A stretch of 64,000 nt of DNA. It comes from the human T2T-CHM13v2.0 reference genome, Homo sapiens. A program made the translations under genes and the position numbers. Below the pieces are notes generated by a model that saw only the letters and a program-made list of their open reading frames with translations, was not told the DNA's origin and made no database searches. The stretch lies in NCBI RefSeq assembly GCF_009914755.1, contig NC_060946.1, one strand, 5' to 3'. How positions within the stretch are numbered: position 1 is the stretch's first letter; each line of letters opens with the position of its first letter. Positions 26,472-40,919 of the stretch are shown one piece after another.

Positions 26472-29112
26472 CTAAAACACAAGTAAGGGACAAACACGGA
26501 GCCAGTGGTTAATGACAGCCCACTTCCCGCGGCCCAAGACAGTCAGCCTCTCGGCGTGGCGCACGCAAAGCCAACACAACACGCCGGCCAGCTCGGCATC
26601 CTCGCCAAGGGGCTAATCCCAGGAACCTCCAAGGTGGGGGTGTTCAGGGCAAAGCAGAGAGGCAGCGAGGGCGGGGGCGGGGGGACGTGCAGGAAAGGAG
26701 GAATGACCACAAAGTGACCTGGGACACAGAGGGGACTCAGGGCCCATGGGCAAGCAAACAGAGAAGGAGGCTGAGGTCAGGGCAGACGGGATTCGTCCGC
26801 AGAGAGCCACAGAAGCAGAAAGCACCACCATGGTGCTTTACGGAGACACAAGTGATTACAGACCCCCGTGGCTCAGGCTGGAGAGGCAGGCACAGGACAA
26901 GGCACAGGACAAGGGGACAGGGCCACAAGGTCCGGTGATGGATGCATTGAGACAGCAGAGGCTCCGTCACAGGGACGTGAAGGGGTGTCAACACTCATGC
27001 AAAATTAAGAACAAAACATAGGACACACACACGCACACACATAATGGATCCAATAGAATAGACACAGAAAAACCACGGGATCGATTTGGGCAGCGCTGGT
27101 TGCCTGCTTGTCTATAGAGGACTAGGGCTAAACATTCAAGTGCTCAACAAGGGGATGCAAAGAGGGATCACTTATTTTAGGAGCATGCAGAGGAGAAGTG
27201 GCCCCGAGCTGGCCAGGGAGCATCCTGGCTATGCCAAGAGGCTTCCTGTGGAGGGGCAGGTGAGGTTAGCTGGGTTGACTTTCTTTGCTCAGAGGGAAAT
27301 ATGCGGAGACATTCGTTCCCAAGGGGGACACAGATGAACAGTGGGCGAAGGCAGGTGAAGGCATCTCTTCCTGGACAGGAGTAGAAGTAGCAGCAGCAGG
27401 GGCTGGGTAAGGAAGGTGATTTCTAATGAGAGGGGAGGGAAGGTGGGGCTGGGGAAGTTAATTTAGAAAGGAGATCCAAGCAGGAGCCTTCACATGCAGT
27501 AGACATCAAAAAATAAAAAAGCAAGAAAGGATGATTCAGGTGGACAAGACAAGATGTGTTAGACACAGGCTGGGTGCGTCTGGCCTGGCAGCCGTTTGCA
27601 CTGCCCCCGGGCCACAGAGCTGGCTCCAAGAGAGGTGGCAAACCCTGCGGAAGACCTTGAGCAGACGAGACAGGAGGGAGGCTGGGTGGCCCGGGAGAGC
27701 CCCAGGCCGGACAGTGGAGGGAGAGAGGCCGGAGGAGAGGAGGTTCTAGATGGGATCAGGCTGCAATAGAGACACTGGTCTGAGACCGGGTTTGGCTTTT
27801 AATTCTTTTTTAATTGGTTGGTTGATTTGGTTTGGCTTTTGGCTCTGAAAATAATTAATGAACATCAGTTATCAGACAAGACAGGCAATCAGGGACCATC
27901 ACCAGAAAAGCAAGAGAAATGAGATAAAAATGAAATAAAAAATGGTTGTCTGAAAGAAGAGACCACACAGAGGAAGGGAGAGCCACCGCAGGCAGCAGAA
28001 CCCATGATGACAGCCCCGGACTACAGAGGTGACAGCCTGGTGCCCGCTCGGGCCCTGCTCCCTGAGACCCAAGGGAACAGCGTCCTGGGAGACAGAGCAG
28101 GGGCACACCCTGGCCTCATGGGCTTCTGTCTGCTGACCAACCCTGTCCTGTCCCCTGAGTCTCCCTCAAGAAGTATCTTCCAGATTGACGATAAGAAATG
28201 GGGCTTAAAAAAAAAATAACTGACTTGTGTTGGGTTTCTAAAGTTTGCCTGCACAGGAAGGGTTGAACTCCGGCACCAACTTTGAAACTCCACCCTTTCT
28301 CAGTTAAAAAATGTGCTGCTATTTTTAAGTGGGAGAAAAAAACCTACTAGTGATTATGGCATGAAATAATCAGAAATATTCAAGCTTCCCCTTGGAAATA
28401 GGGACCAGGAGGAAGGAGGTGACGGAGACTCAGATCAAGACTCCACGTGACAGGTGAGAGACGGGCTGGGGCAGCGGCGGGAAGAGCGGACTTCAGGTTG
28501 GGAAGAAAGGCCGGCAGGGGCCCAGCAGCTTGGAGAGACCAGCAGTGAAAACACCACACCCACGCAGGGCCCACACTGTCCATCTCCCCTGGAGTTTAGA
28601 CAATGACCACTCAAAGCAAAGTTCTGAGGAAACCTCTTAGTTTTCCAGACGGCTGTGGGCAGCTCCCATGACTAACGTGGCTGTGTGCAGTTGCCTGAAT
28701 CTGGCTGTCTTCCATATTAGGGGAGGAAACACCTGTGCTTCTGGAACAGAAGGTCTTAGGTGCATACACCTCCCTTCTCCCCACACACACCCTGCCTGGG
28801 GCCACCCCTCACTTCCAGGACGAGGACGTGCAGAATCCCTGCTGCTAGGGAGCCCACGTCAGGCGTCGCCAGGGAACACAAAGCAGAAAAGCCTGGTCTT
28901 GGGGGGCTGCAGGCCCCAGAGAAGCCTCCCCAGAAAGCCTCCCCAGGGGCTCCGGCCATCCCCGCCATTGCCATGGGCTTGCCTTTCCTTGTTTCCCTGA
29001 AGCTTCCTTCCGGGGAACCCGGACGTGGCAGGGTGCTGGCCCTGCTGGTGCACGCATGGGGGGTCGGGGGCGGGGGGCGCAAGGGTGGTGTGTGGCAGAG
29101 GTGCCTACTTAC

Positions 29113-29229
29113 CGATGCACGTGCGACCGTCTGAGTGGAGGGCGTACTTCTGGTGGCAACCACACGTGGGGCCTGTGTCTGTGTCCTCACAGCTGTGCTG
29201 GCAGCCTCCGTTTCCATAATTACAGGTTA
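29113..29229 (-). CDS. SCUBE1: SCUBE1 coding exon (probably exon 6), EGF-like module, 117 nt
   Basis: Translates (L)[38 protein letters not shown](E). Acceptor ctaactag, donor GTAAGT. Confidence 0.97.
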
Positions 29230-32200
29230 CTAGTTAGGCCCAAAGTGTACACACGGGTGTATAAACAGAACAACAAAAACGGTTAGTTTGCCGGTGTTGG
29301 CGGCTGCCTTCAGGGTATGGGGAAACTGAGGCCTAAGGGCATCAGTGGGTAGGGTCATGAGGCTTGCCGGGCAACGGGGGAGCATTTCCCTGCACTTCAG
29401 CCCCTCCAGGGACCCTGGAGTCACTCACTCCCTAGAGCTGAACGGGGGTGGGACAGAATGGACTTGGGGTCGTCTGGGCTTTGATCAGAGCAGGCACAGA
29501 GGTGATGCGCTCAGATGGTGGTAGATGAAGACAGCTTCATCCTTCTCAGACTGCAGGACATTTTATAGCTGCCTGTCTTGATGGGGCAAATGTTTGCCAA
29601 TGCCAGGACATACTTGTCAAGCTGTCGGGGGAGGGACATGGCGGCCCGTGGTTCCAGGTGACCCTCATTTCCTTAGTTCTGGCAGAGCTTTCCTTCCTCT
29701 GCCTGTCTTGGGGTGTGTGGATGTCTCCACGGAGGTCCCCCCTCAGAGTCCCAGGGGCCACCTCAAACTCTATCCCCTCAAAGCCCTAATCCTCCGGGAG
29801 CTCGGCAATGTCCGAACAGACAGACTCATGCAAGTTAATGTCATCTGAGGTACGGTTTTGAAAATCACCTAAATAATAACCACGTTACATTGTTTTCGAT
29901 GCCTGTGGCCTGGAGGATCTGGTGCCTTTCAGCCCAGAATCCCAGGATGTTTCACAACATCAGCAACCTGGGTTGGCTGAAAAGGGGGCAGAACAGAAAG
30001 GAGTCTGAAGTAGAAAAAACTACAAATTCAAGTTTATTTAAACACATGGTCCATTTCCAGGGTGAGAGAGATCGCTAGAGGGGAGCAAGGTGACCCAAGT
30101 GCTCCCCAGGGGGTGCAGGGCCCCTGCCTTTTGATGCTGGCGAGACAGCTGCACGCCCATCATCCGAACGCAAATGTGCACCAGGGCCTCAGTATGGGGC
30201 GTGTTCTTGGATACTTTAACCATCTGTCCAGAATTCAAGCTACACTCTAATTTATTTGGCAAAACCCTAATGATCAAATATGCAAAAATAAATCTCAGAC
30301 CAACTATGGTTAGAGGGGGCAAAAATCCCAAATCCTGAGAATTTGAATGAATTACGTTCTATTCGGTTGACCCCTGAGCACAGCTGGTACCAGAGGGAAG
30401 TCAACTGGTGGCAGCTCCCAGAGAAGGATCTCAAATGTTTCAGAACTGACTTCTCCGCACTCTTCCTTTCACAGAGACCGACGCAGAGCCTTCCTGCCCA
30501 CCTGTCCTGAGTGATGGGGCACCTCAGCCTTGGACACATGCCGTCTCCACAGCGGGCGAGGAGGATGTCAAGAAAATGGCTTGATATGGGGACAGGTGTC
30601 TGCTCAGTGCCTCAGATGCTGTCCGCTGCAACCAGAGGCTCTAAGAGGCTGCTCCCTCTTCCACAGGGAGCTGAGGACCATCCAGAGGACGGAGCTGACT
30701 TCTAGGGGGAAATTTCAGGGACCTGAAAAATGCTTCCAGAAACACAACTGGGCTTCAAGCACAAAGCCCTCCAGCCTCTTCTCCTCAGGAGTGACTCTTC
30801 TCCAGGGTGGAGCCGGCACCCTGGATGAGAGCTCAGCTTTCATCTCTCAACAGCTCACCTCAACGGCCAGGAAGGAACCCAGGGAAGCCAGGGATTCCGG
30901 GAGGCTGCAGCTCTGTGCAGATCTCAGGCGATGGGGAGAGACCCAGGTGGAACCCACTTTGGGCTGGACGTCGTGTGTCTTTCTAGGACCCAGGAGATTC
31001 CCGTTTCAGAGTGGGCAGGGGTGCAGCTGGGGAGAAGGCAGTTCTTCTTGAGCTCCAGGCTCCTGGAGACAGGCTGTGCCCCAAAAGTGACTCTAATGAG
31101 GATGGAGGCCTGCCTGAGGCAACTCGAAGGGGATCCAGGCTCAGGGACCCTTGTTCCCTCCACATAGTCATTTGTGCGTCTCACAGACCCCCAAAGGTCG
31201 AGCCTTCGAGTACCGGAGAGTCTACAGCTTGTACACAGAGATGTCTGAGCTCAAGCTCTGGTGAGACGGATAGAAGGATGGAGAAAACCTCCTCTAGCTC
31301 CGGCCCTGGAGTGGGTCCTGGGCTCTGGACGGATGACAGCTTGGTTCAGAGCCCTGCAGTCCTCTTGAGCCACAGAGGCTGCTTGGCTAAGCCAGGCCTC
31401 AGCCCCCAACCCAGCTTGAGATCTGGAATTTCCTGGAATGCAAGTGACTTCAAGGACTAGAGCGAATGCCTCAGAGCTAACTTCTCACCAACCTTGTCTC
31501 ATTAACCTCACAGAAGCAGCCAAAGCTGGGCTCGCTGGGCAGCTGCCTGTGCAGGCCCTTCACGGGAGGCCTCAGGCCCCAGAAATCACATCGGGCTCTC
31601 CATACCTTGGTGATATTCAGCCACCCACGGAGAGGGTGGGACTGCTGTTTCTTAAGCCAGCACATATTCCAGGCAAGGGTTGAGCCCTTCCCTGGCGGGG
31701 GCAGCTGGGGTGAGGGTTGTGGGGGGTGTCCTAGCTGCTCACAGGGCCCTGCCTAGTCCCTGACCTCTCGCACCAGGCTGGCGCTCAGAAGATGCTCTCT
31801 GAGCAAACTCCTCCTTGTAGTGCTTGTCTCAGATGTACTATGGGGTCAGGGAGCAAGCCGCCCACAGTCAGGCCACCTGCAGCCTCTCCCTGGCACTGGG
31901 CTCAAGGCCCAGTTGGAGCAGGCCCTCAGCCTGTCTTCTGCCTAAGAGAATGCACTGTCCTTCTGGCCAGGGCTATCCACAACCCTGCTGACGCCATGCA
32001 TTTTTGACCTTGGCCTTTCTCGTGAGGAAACTCAGATCACACAACACGGGGGACTGGGAAAGCTGGAGTCAGCATTTCTGTTCTGAGGTGGCCGGGGGCA
32101 GAAGACTTCTCTGCAGCTAAAGGAATCCATCTGGTGTGGAGACGGGGCCTGGATGGAGCCCTGGGGCTGGAGGCTGGCACTTCCAATCGAGACTGCCCGT

Positions 32201-33063
32201 TTGGTCCTGCCCTGGGTGACAGTATACAGGCTTATCTTGGCCACCCCACAGGAAAGAGCCAGGAACACAGAGAAAGGTGGTCCGCCTCTTGGACCATACC
32301 TGGGACAGAAGGAAGCACCTTCACTTTGAAGAATGGATGAATCACATCTGGTACACGTGGGTCCCCAGGGCCTTGGTGACTATTCTAGGAGACCATGAGT
32401 TGGGAAAGGTATGGCAAGGCACCCACAGGAGAGCTGATGACAACTGAGAGGATCAGTGACTGTGGATGATGGACCAACAAGGGCCAGCTGTCCTCTCCAC
32501 AGAAAGATGGGTGGAAGAACGGTCATTTTCTTTATGACAGCGGGGCAGCCTCAGTCTCTCATTTCCACAGCTAGGGTGAGGACCACCTTCTCTATTGGGA
32601 GTTGGAACTGGACACTTCTCCCTAGCATTTTTCTGCATTAGAATGTGGGCTTGATATGAGGCACTAGTCTCTTGCCAGAGATGGAAAGTGCTTCCAGCAG
32701 TCTTCTTTGGCTCTTTGTAAAAAGGGCAAATATGACATCGCTTTGGGTATCCCTGGTGCCCTCATCTCCCACGAGGAGAGGCCCACCCCACCATCTCCCC
32801 CACGTAGCTGTGGGGAGGATGCACTGGCTCCCAAGCTTCTGAGTTCAGCCATCGTTCTACTTGGTTTCCTGGCTCCTACTCCTACTGGGGAATGGGGTGA
32901 CCCCATTAAGAGGCTGGACTACACGTGGGCCCCGTAGGCAGACCACCAAGCAGATCCTGAAATGGTGTCTTTGGCCAGAGGCCTCATTCAGCCCAGATCT
33001 CCCAGAATATCACCATCTGCAGTTAGCCTTGCAGGGGTCAAATTGTGAGTTCTGATCTTTACA

Positions 33064-33172
33064 TTTTATTTTAGAGATGGGGTCTTGCTGTATTGTCCAA
33101 GCTGGACTCAAAGTCGGGCTAGAGTGATCCTCTGGCTTCTGCCTCCCAAGAAGCTGGGACTATAGGTGTGCA
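33064..33172 (-). mobile_element. Old Alu monomer (FLAM/AluJ fragment)
   Basis: ttttagagatggggtcttgct...gtgatcctc...gcctcccaag-agctgggactataggtgtg. Confidence 0.8.
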
Positions 33173-33613
33173 GAGTTCTGATCTTTGGTCCCGGAAAAAA
33201 GGTCAGCACAGCCCGGAATGGGACCACTTCAGAACCATACTCTTTTCCTTCTTTGTACTACTCATTACCAGGGGCTTCCCAGGCCCATCGAGAAACCTGG
33301 TCCTGTAGACCTCTGTGCCACGGCCCCACCATTCCTGCTGGACAGCTTAGGCTCAGGGGCTGCCATAAGATCCAGCCCAGCTCCTGGGGCTACACTGGTG
33401 GTGTCGTGCTTGGTGCGGAAAACCCCAAGGCTAGGGTTTACAACCCTTGTCCCTTATGCCCTATCAGGCCCCTTCCACAGGCCCTGCCCTTCTCTCCACC
33501 CCATGGGGCTGGGGACCCTCCCTGGCCAAAGTCCAGCAGACTGGACAGACCCTCCAGAAAGTAATGGCAGGAGACGCACGGGACGTTTGACCCATTTGTC
33601 TCCCTCTACCTAC

Positions 33614-33739
33614 GTGTGCAGTCCTTCTGGTTTTGGGCAAGGTCAAAGCCGGGCCTGCAGTCGCAGGCCACCCCACCTTTGGGCGTCTCCCGGCAGATGT
33701 GGGCACAGCCATGGTCTTTGTTCATGCAGTTCATACCCT
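33614..33739 (-). CDS. SCUBE1: SCUBE1 coding exon (probably exon 5), EGF-like module, 126 nt
   Basis: Translates (E)[41 protein letters not shown](L). Acceptor tctctcttcccag, donor GTAGGT, in frame with neighbours. Confidence 0.97.
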
Positions 33740-36710
33740 CTGGGAAGAGAGACAGACAAGAGACGGGTTGAAGACCAGGCAGAGAGGGAGAGAGAAAATT
33801 TCAGGCTGAAAGGGGATAGCCAATGATATGTAACAATCAAATGGGCTGTCATTGCATGTATCATGCACACACACGCACTTGCGCACACACACATATGCGT
33901 GTGTGCAGCAGCCATCTACATGGATATCCCTTAGGGAGAAAGCAAGGGCACGGTGCCTGGGTCTAGATTCAGGCTTTGCTCTGTGAGTTGCACTGTAAAT
34001 GGCACCTCGTGACCCACGGAGACCAAGCTCTTGCTCTAGGTCAGATTGTGGGGCATGGTCTGTAGAACTACTTTTGTGTCAGGGTGATTTGCTCCCCTCT
34101 CCCGAGCCACCCATGGTTCTAGGGTACCCCCCACCCGCCCAGCAGACTGGATCTCCCCTCTCTGTCTGCCTGGAGTGGCTCATACCCCCTTCCGTTGACC
34201 TCAGTTGATGTTTATCTTCCTGGTGATTTGTGAGGCGTTTCTAGAATTTATGAGGTCAGGGGTCAAGTGAGAGGTTGTAGGTCACAAGTCCATCAAGAGG
34301 CCAAGGCAGATGAAAGGGAAGCGCCTCTGTCTGCCAACCCACCAGCTCTGTGACCTGCCTTCCACCTCCACCCACAGGAAGCTCAGGCAGGAGTGAAGCC
34401 GGCTCGGGGAGCGGCAGTGAAGGCTGCAGACGGCGAACACGCACAGGGCAACCTCCTTCCCCCGGGACACACCGGCCTCTTGTTCCAAGGGAGGACTGGC
34501 TCAATCCTGACCCCGTCCACTTTAAATACGGGTATGCAGCAACACAGAATAGATTTAAGAACACAAACACCCTGCTAGTTGTAATAAAGACAAAAACGTC
34601 TAAAGTTAAAAATCAAACAAACAAATGGAAATGAGGAAGCCTGCATTTTGCCCGGCACTGTAACTCCTGGTTTCACCTGATTTTGCGACTCATATTTCCT
34701 CACCTTGATTTTCTCACTAATCAATCAAATTGTTGGAATGACGCAGAGTCTAACTAAGCAACGAGTTAGCACGGAAAGCGCTTTCATGCTGCTGCCCTGC
34801 ACAGAAGCTGCAAGTTCACACGGAAAGACCCTTTCCGCTGGCTCGATTCCAAAACAGCATCAGCGCCTGAGTCACACAGATAGTGGCGTGCGGTCAACGC
34901 TTAACAGCCGGCAGGGGTGGAGGCTGATTTGCAGTATTTACCAATTTACGTGGGATAAATACGCCAGCCACGGCTAATTTCAAGGTACCAGGGAGATGTC
35001 GCCAAGGGTAGAGCTGGGAACAAATGTGCACAGTTGGCTCTCACAAGCTGAGACAAGCCAGCCATAGCACGTCCCTTTCTTAGAAAGGTCGTTGTAAAGT
35101 CAGGCAGATGTAGGTGTGAATCTGGCTTCCTTCCTGGCTGTGGCCTGGGAGACAACTGCTTCCCTTTTCTGAGCCTAATCTTAGAAGGGGCAGGATCACC
35201 TCTGTCTCACAGAGGAGCTGTGCAAATTAAATCCAGTTACAGACAGGAAATGCCAGGCAATAAGAGACGAGGTCTGTCTGTGGGGGCACTGGCTCTTGAG
35301 GCCGGTGTCTCTCCTGCAGGTCTGGAGACAGCGTGGCTCCTCCCTGGGGCCTGGCTGGACCGGGTGGCCAGAGGCGGCTCTCGGTAGAGAAACCTTCCCA
35401 GGCTACTGAGACATATTCAGTCCCTCATCAGGTCCTCTGGGAGCCTCCTGCCCTGGTAAGGGTTTGGCCAGTGGGTGGTGGCCAGCAAGCCATCCCCCTG
35501 ACCGTTACTGACAGCTGTTGTCGGCGGTGGGCTGAGTCCAGGGTCGCCCCCTTCATCCCTGTTCATTTGGCTTCCATGGCTCCCTGCTGTTCCAGCTTCT
35601 TCACAGCTGTACACACTCCACGGTTCGCCATCCCACAATGCCTGCTGGGCAGCCCCCGAGGGTGCTCCATCTCCCCTTGCTGCTCCTTCCTCCTGGGCCG
35701 GACACCCTCTCCTATCTTCCATAAACTAAATCCTAGGCCTGCCTCAAACTCCACCAGTTCCCCAAAGCCTCCTGGCTCCTGCCTTCTACTCCCTGTGTCT
35801 CCCCATGCCACCACCCATGTGAATTTCCTAGGGCTGTCCTATGGCCGGCACAGGAGATCAATGCTGTAAGCAGATCTGTGCTTTCTTCCTGAGCTGGGAA
35901 GAGCCCAAGGGCCCTTGTTTGGCAAAGGCTTATAGATGATGAAGAAAGGGAGATTGAATTTCCATTCCCAGCCAAAGAATCACAGTTTACAAGAAGCCTT
36001 GCTAATCATCACCAACCATACATTTGTCACTGGGGAGCTGATGCACGCCGGAGCCCTGGGTAATGGAATATTAAGCCCTAGAGGTCTTTCAGTTTTCTCC
36101 CTCGTCGTGGACTTGCCATCAAGTGATCTTTCTTCTTGAGACTCTAAAGACTTTAACACTGAGCCAAGATGTTGTTGTTTTCTTGGTGAAGGACACTTTG
36201 GGGACGTACTCTAGCATGACTATGGACTGCAGTAACCCACAGTCAATAAGACACTAAGCAACAGAATCGCAGAGCTGGGAAGGGTGAGCCCCAGGCCCTA
36301 TCTGTAGTCAGCTGGTCTCAAAGGTCTCTACTTTACCTCTCAACAACTTGGGGAAGAGGGTGGAGCCCTTCGTCTCCCACCTAAAGACCCTGAGGTAGAA
36401 CTGAGGTCCTGTGATTAGCCATCCTCACTCAACACCCCACGGTAGGCCCCCTGCACGCTGCCTCTCACCCAGCATCCCCAGCACGGGAGCCCCCACTGGC
36501 TCTGCAACGGAGAGCAAGGGACGGGCCAGTGATTGTTAGTGGGACTGGCTTCAGGACCTCTTTACATTCCTGACAATTATAAAGGAGCCCAAATCGCTCT
36601 GATGGACGTGTTTATGTGTTACAGCTATCGAGACTGGCTAGATACTACAGAGAGAAATTTACATTTACTTATTAACTTATTTAAAAACAAGATAAAAAAC
36701 TTGTTACATG

Positions 36711-37027
<317 letters not shown>

Positions 37028-40000
37028 TCATATATTTGTATTAAAAGCTATATTTTCCAGAACAAGGAGGGTGCCCTGAGATGCCCCAGTCAGGCCCGCG
37101 CGAGCCAGGCTCACCCGCTGCATGGTGAGGCTGTGGTCAGGCTGGAGTCTGCTCAGCTTGAGTGCTTCTGAGGCGCCTCCTCCCCGAGAAGGGTGGTTGG
37201 GGGAGCATCACTATCACATTTCAAAATGACCCTACAACCACTGCAAGGATGGCTGCTACTGCCTGGCCTGGGGGCTGACTGTGGCTTCCGAAGCACTCAT
37301 CAGCAACTCTGTCAGCTGCATTGCTTTCACCTCCACTCACGGGCAACACTGGCTTCTGGAGGCCACAAGCAGATAGGCTCCGTGGCTGGCGGAACCACAG
37401 AAGGTCAGGGTTGGACCCCTCCCTGCAGCGCATCTTGTCTGTCTATCTTATAGAGACAGAAAATGAGCCCCTGAGATGGGAAATCAATGTCCCAGCACAT
37501 ACAGCAGGGCTGGAAGCTGGGCCACTGGGCTCCCAGCCTAAGTTCTCCTACCTTGGGGTCACTCGGCTACACCTGTGGGACCCAGATGGCTAATAGGGAG
37601 CAGACGTTTCCTGGGGGGAACCGATTTGGGAACCTGGTGCAGAGTGGGCGACTACACGGTGCCTGTTACTGGCCATTGTTTCCAGACGTAAGAGCCCAGC
37701 GAAATCCAAGGCCAGTTCAGATGCTACGTCCCCTGAAGCTCTCGGAGCAGCCCCTCCACGAAGCACATACCCTGGCTCCTCTTTTGACCTTCCACGGCTG
37801 TTACTGGCAGGCCCTGAGTGTGAGGACAAAGCCTCCGCTCCCCTGCAGCACAGGATGTCTGTTTTCTCGGCTGTGAAATGGGGATGTAATAATCTTTGCC
37901 CCTGAGAGTTGCTGGGAAGCTGAAACGAGGTGACAATATCGAGGGAGACACAGGGAGGGTCTTGGTAGAGCAAGGCTGCTACGACAGCACTCCTATCTGC
38001 CCTTGCTTCATTCTGCCTCGTAGGAAATCGGAATAGTTGCTTCCGTCACACTCTTTCCTGCCAACCGTGGGTAACCCGTTGGGGAGACATGAGCTTCATT
38101 CTTTTCAGTATCACGAGTACCCAGCACAGGGCCTGGCACAGGGTTAGGGATCTGCAAACAGTGGGTGAAAGAAGGAAAGGGAAGAATGAGTGGGGAAAGA
38201 GAGGGGAGAATGGAAAGGGAGAGAGGAGGGAGCAAGGAAGGAAGAAGAGAGAAAGAAAGCCCCCTATTTCGGAACAGATGAAGCGGGTTGTCTGTTATTT
38301 TAGGAGGCAAGGCTAGAATTTTGAAAATGCTCTTATGGCATCCCTAGCTGCGTGTGCTAGAAACACAGCGCTTCGGATGCCTGATGTGGGAAATTCGCAG
38401 CACATGATAAAGGCTCTGAGAAGTCCTGCGGTCCCTGTGGAACAGTCCCTTCCCCCTCACTTAACACAGCATGCTGGACAGGAAGAGACCCCAGCACTAG
38501 CAGGGTCTAAGGGTGGCCCATTCTAGCTCCTCACCAGACAGATAAAGCAACAGTGACACAGCGACCAGGGTGGCAGGCTGGGGCAGGGATAAGGCACTGG
38601 CCCCACCCACTGGAGCACCTGTGGTATCCTCTGTGCCTCCGAACCTCAGAGGGAGAGCGGGTGGCATGCCCTCTCTGCCCTCTCCCAGAGGGGCCATCTG
38701 AGGGCAGTGAGCTAACGGGAAGGAATGCCAACTCATCCCCTCCTGCAGGTGGTATCTCTGGGTGGCAGCTGGGGCCATGAGGGCTAAGTTGAGATTTGAA
38801 GGGGAAAAGGTGAACCCTGAGGCACGTGAGGTGCTGGGTTCCAAGCCCTTCTGCTCTAGGGATGGGCCTGGGCTCCAGATGGGAAAGGACTCTGTGGGTC
38901 TGTGACTCTACCCCCTCTGCTGTGAGCTTGGAAGGACCCCCCGGGCCTCCTCCAGCTCCCCTGAGCCAGCCAGGTCCATGCAGCCAGTGGCAGCTGCAGG
39001 CTGTGTCCACCGATGCCAGCCTGTGAGCTCTTCCAGAGCAGGGGCCCAGTCTACTCAGGCCCAACCCCAAGCCCCAGGCCCAGAGCAGGCTTCTGTGAGC
39101 CTGAGGGACGGAAGGGCCCCAGTTCAAACTCCGTCCTCCTGTGGCTCCCGGATTTGTGTCACGTCTGCTCTTGGGAGCCATAGGACAGCTCCCTTGACCT
39201 AGATATGGGGAGAACCATGGAGAGGCAAGTTCAGCAGAGAGCCCTGCTGGTCTCCCCTTCTTAATGGGAAGTGAGATAGAATTTCAGAGTCATTCCCAGA
39301 AATCCTGGTCTTCAGAGGCCTGATGCCCGTCAGGCCAGGCGGCCCGCCAGGTCGAATCTAATCTGATCCAACCACCCAAATCCAATTACATGCTACAAAC
39401 TCAGACCAAGTGTCTCCTTGGTGCCCAAGATGGGCCAGGGAGCAAGGAGAGGACAGATGCTCTGCTGCCACAGTGTCAGGTCCACATTCAGGCTGCCACT
39501 TGCTGCGTGACCCTGGGCAAGCCCTTCACCCCTGAACCTCGGTTTCCACCTACGTAGAATTGGACAGTAGTAGCGCCTGCTTCCCAGAGTGTGCTAAATG
39601 TGCAGCCCCAGTCTCTGGGTGAGTGAGGTGCTGGCTAAGGGTGCAGATAGGCTGTTGTGGGACTTCGTACTGGCCAGAAGGAAGCCAGAGGGGAGTTGTC
39701 AATAGGGGAGCGACACGCTTGTGTGTCAGAAAGATCTCTGGAGGCTGTGTGGAATATGCCCTGGAGGGCCAGGACTGCAGGCCAGGACAGTGGAGAGGCT
39801 GTTGCTATCACTCTGAAAGGGACAAAGCCTGGTAGAACGGCAGTGGTTATGGGGATTGGGAGGAGGGCTGGATTGGACACATTTAAGAGCTGCTTCTGAG
39901 TTTTCTGGAAGAAGTGATGTATGAACTTGGGCCCCGGCTATACTTTCATTCACTTGGACCCTCACAACAAGCCTGATGAGCGGGCATCACCGTGCCCACC

Positions 40001-40919
40001 TTCCAGGCAAGCAGACGGAGGTTGGGACAGCGTCGGGGAAGACGTGCCCCGGGCTGTGTCTTCTTCTCCAAGTGGCCGGTGCTTCCTCCCGATGGGCCCT
40101 CCCCCAGGTCGCCATCTCCTCTGGACTCTGACAGGCCCTGGCAGCCCTTCCCCACCGGGGCCTATCTTCCCCCAAGGCCTTCGATCATTCTTGGGTACTC
40201 CACTAGAGTGTGCGCAGAGAGAAACGATGGCATGGTCTGCCTGGCCCCGAGCCAGTGCGTACATCACATCCTCTGCAATGCAAAGTTCACGGATGCATCT
40301 CAAGCAGGGCAGTGCGGCCCAGCGTGTTTGTACTTAGGAGTGGGGCCTTTCTTGCCGCCACGGTCGGATAACAAAGCTGGAATGTGTGCCTCCTGAGGGT
40401 CGTTGCTATGGCGACTTCATCAATAACATCATTTTCTGCATCCATGTCCCTTAAATACATGGGAAGGGATGGCAAGCTGGGAACGGCAGAGCAGGGAGAA
40501 AAGAACAAACACCTTGCTGCGCCCTTCCCCCTCAACTTGGGAGGAAGGGATTTTCCTCCCTTCGCCTCATCAATAGAAAGTTATGGAGCCAAGAAAGAGC
40601 CTGGAGCCTTGGGGGTGGCAGGGGGAGGAGGCGGCTGCCTTCCCCAACCCCGACTCCGCAAGCTGTCCAAGCCATGCAGGGAAAAACAAACACGAGCTCC
40701 CACCAACGTTGAAGGGGGGTGAAGGAAACCCGGGGAAGGTGGTGCCCAGGGGGAAGGCGCAGAACAGCTGTAGGGTCGGGGCTGGTGGGAGAGATGATGA
40801 TGACAACAGTGCAGCCTCCCACGTTCATCAGGGCTGCCTGTGCGCCAGGCCTACCACACACCAGAGACTCCTTACCTCACGGATTCCCTGACAAGCTCAG
40901 GACGGGGTATGCTACGGCA

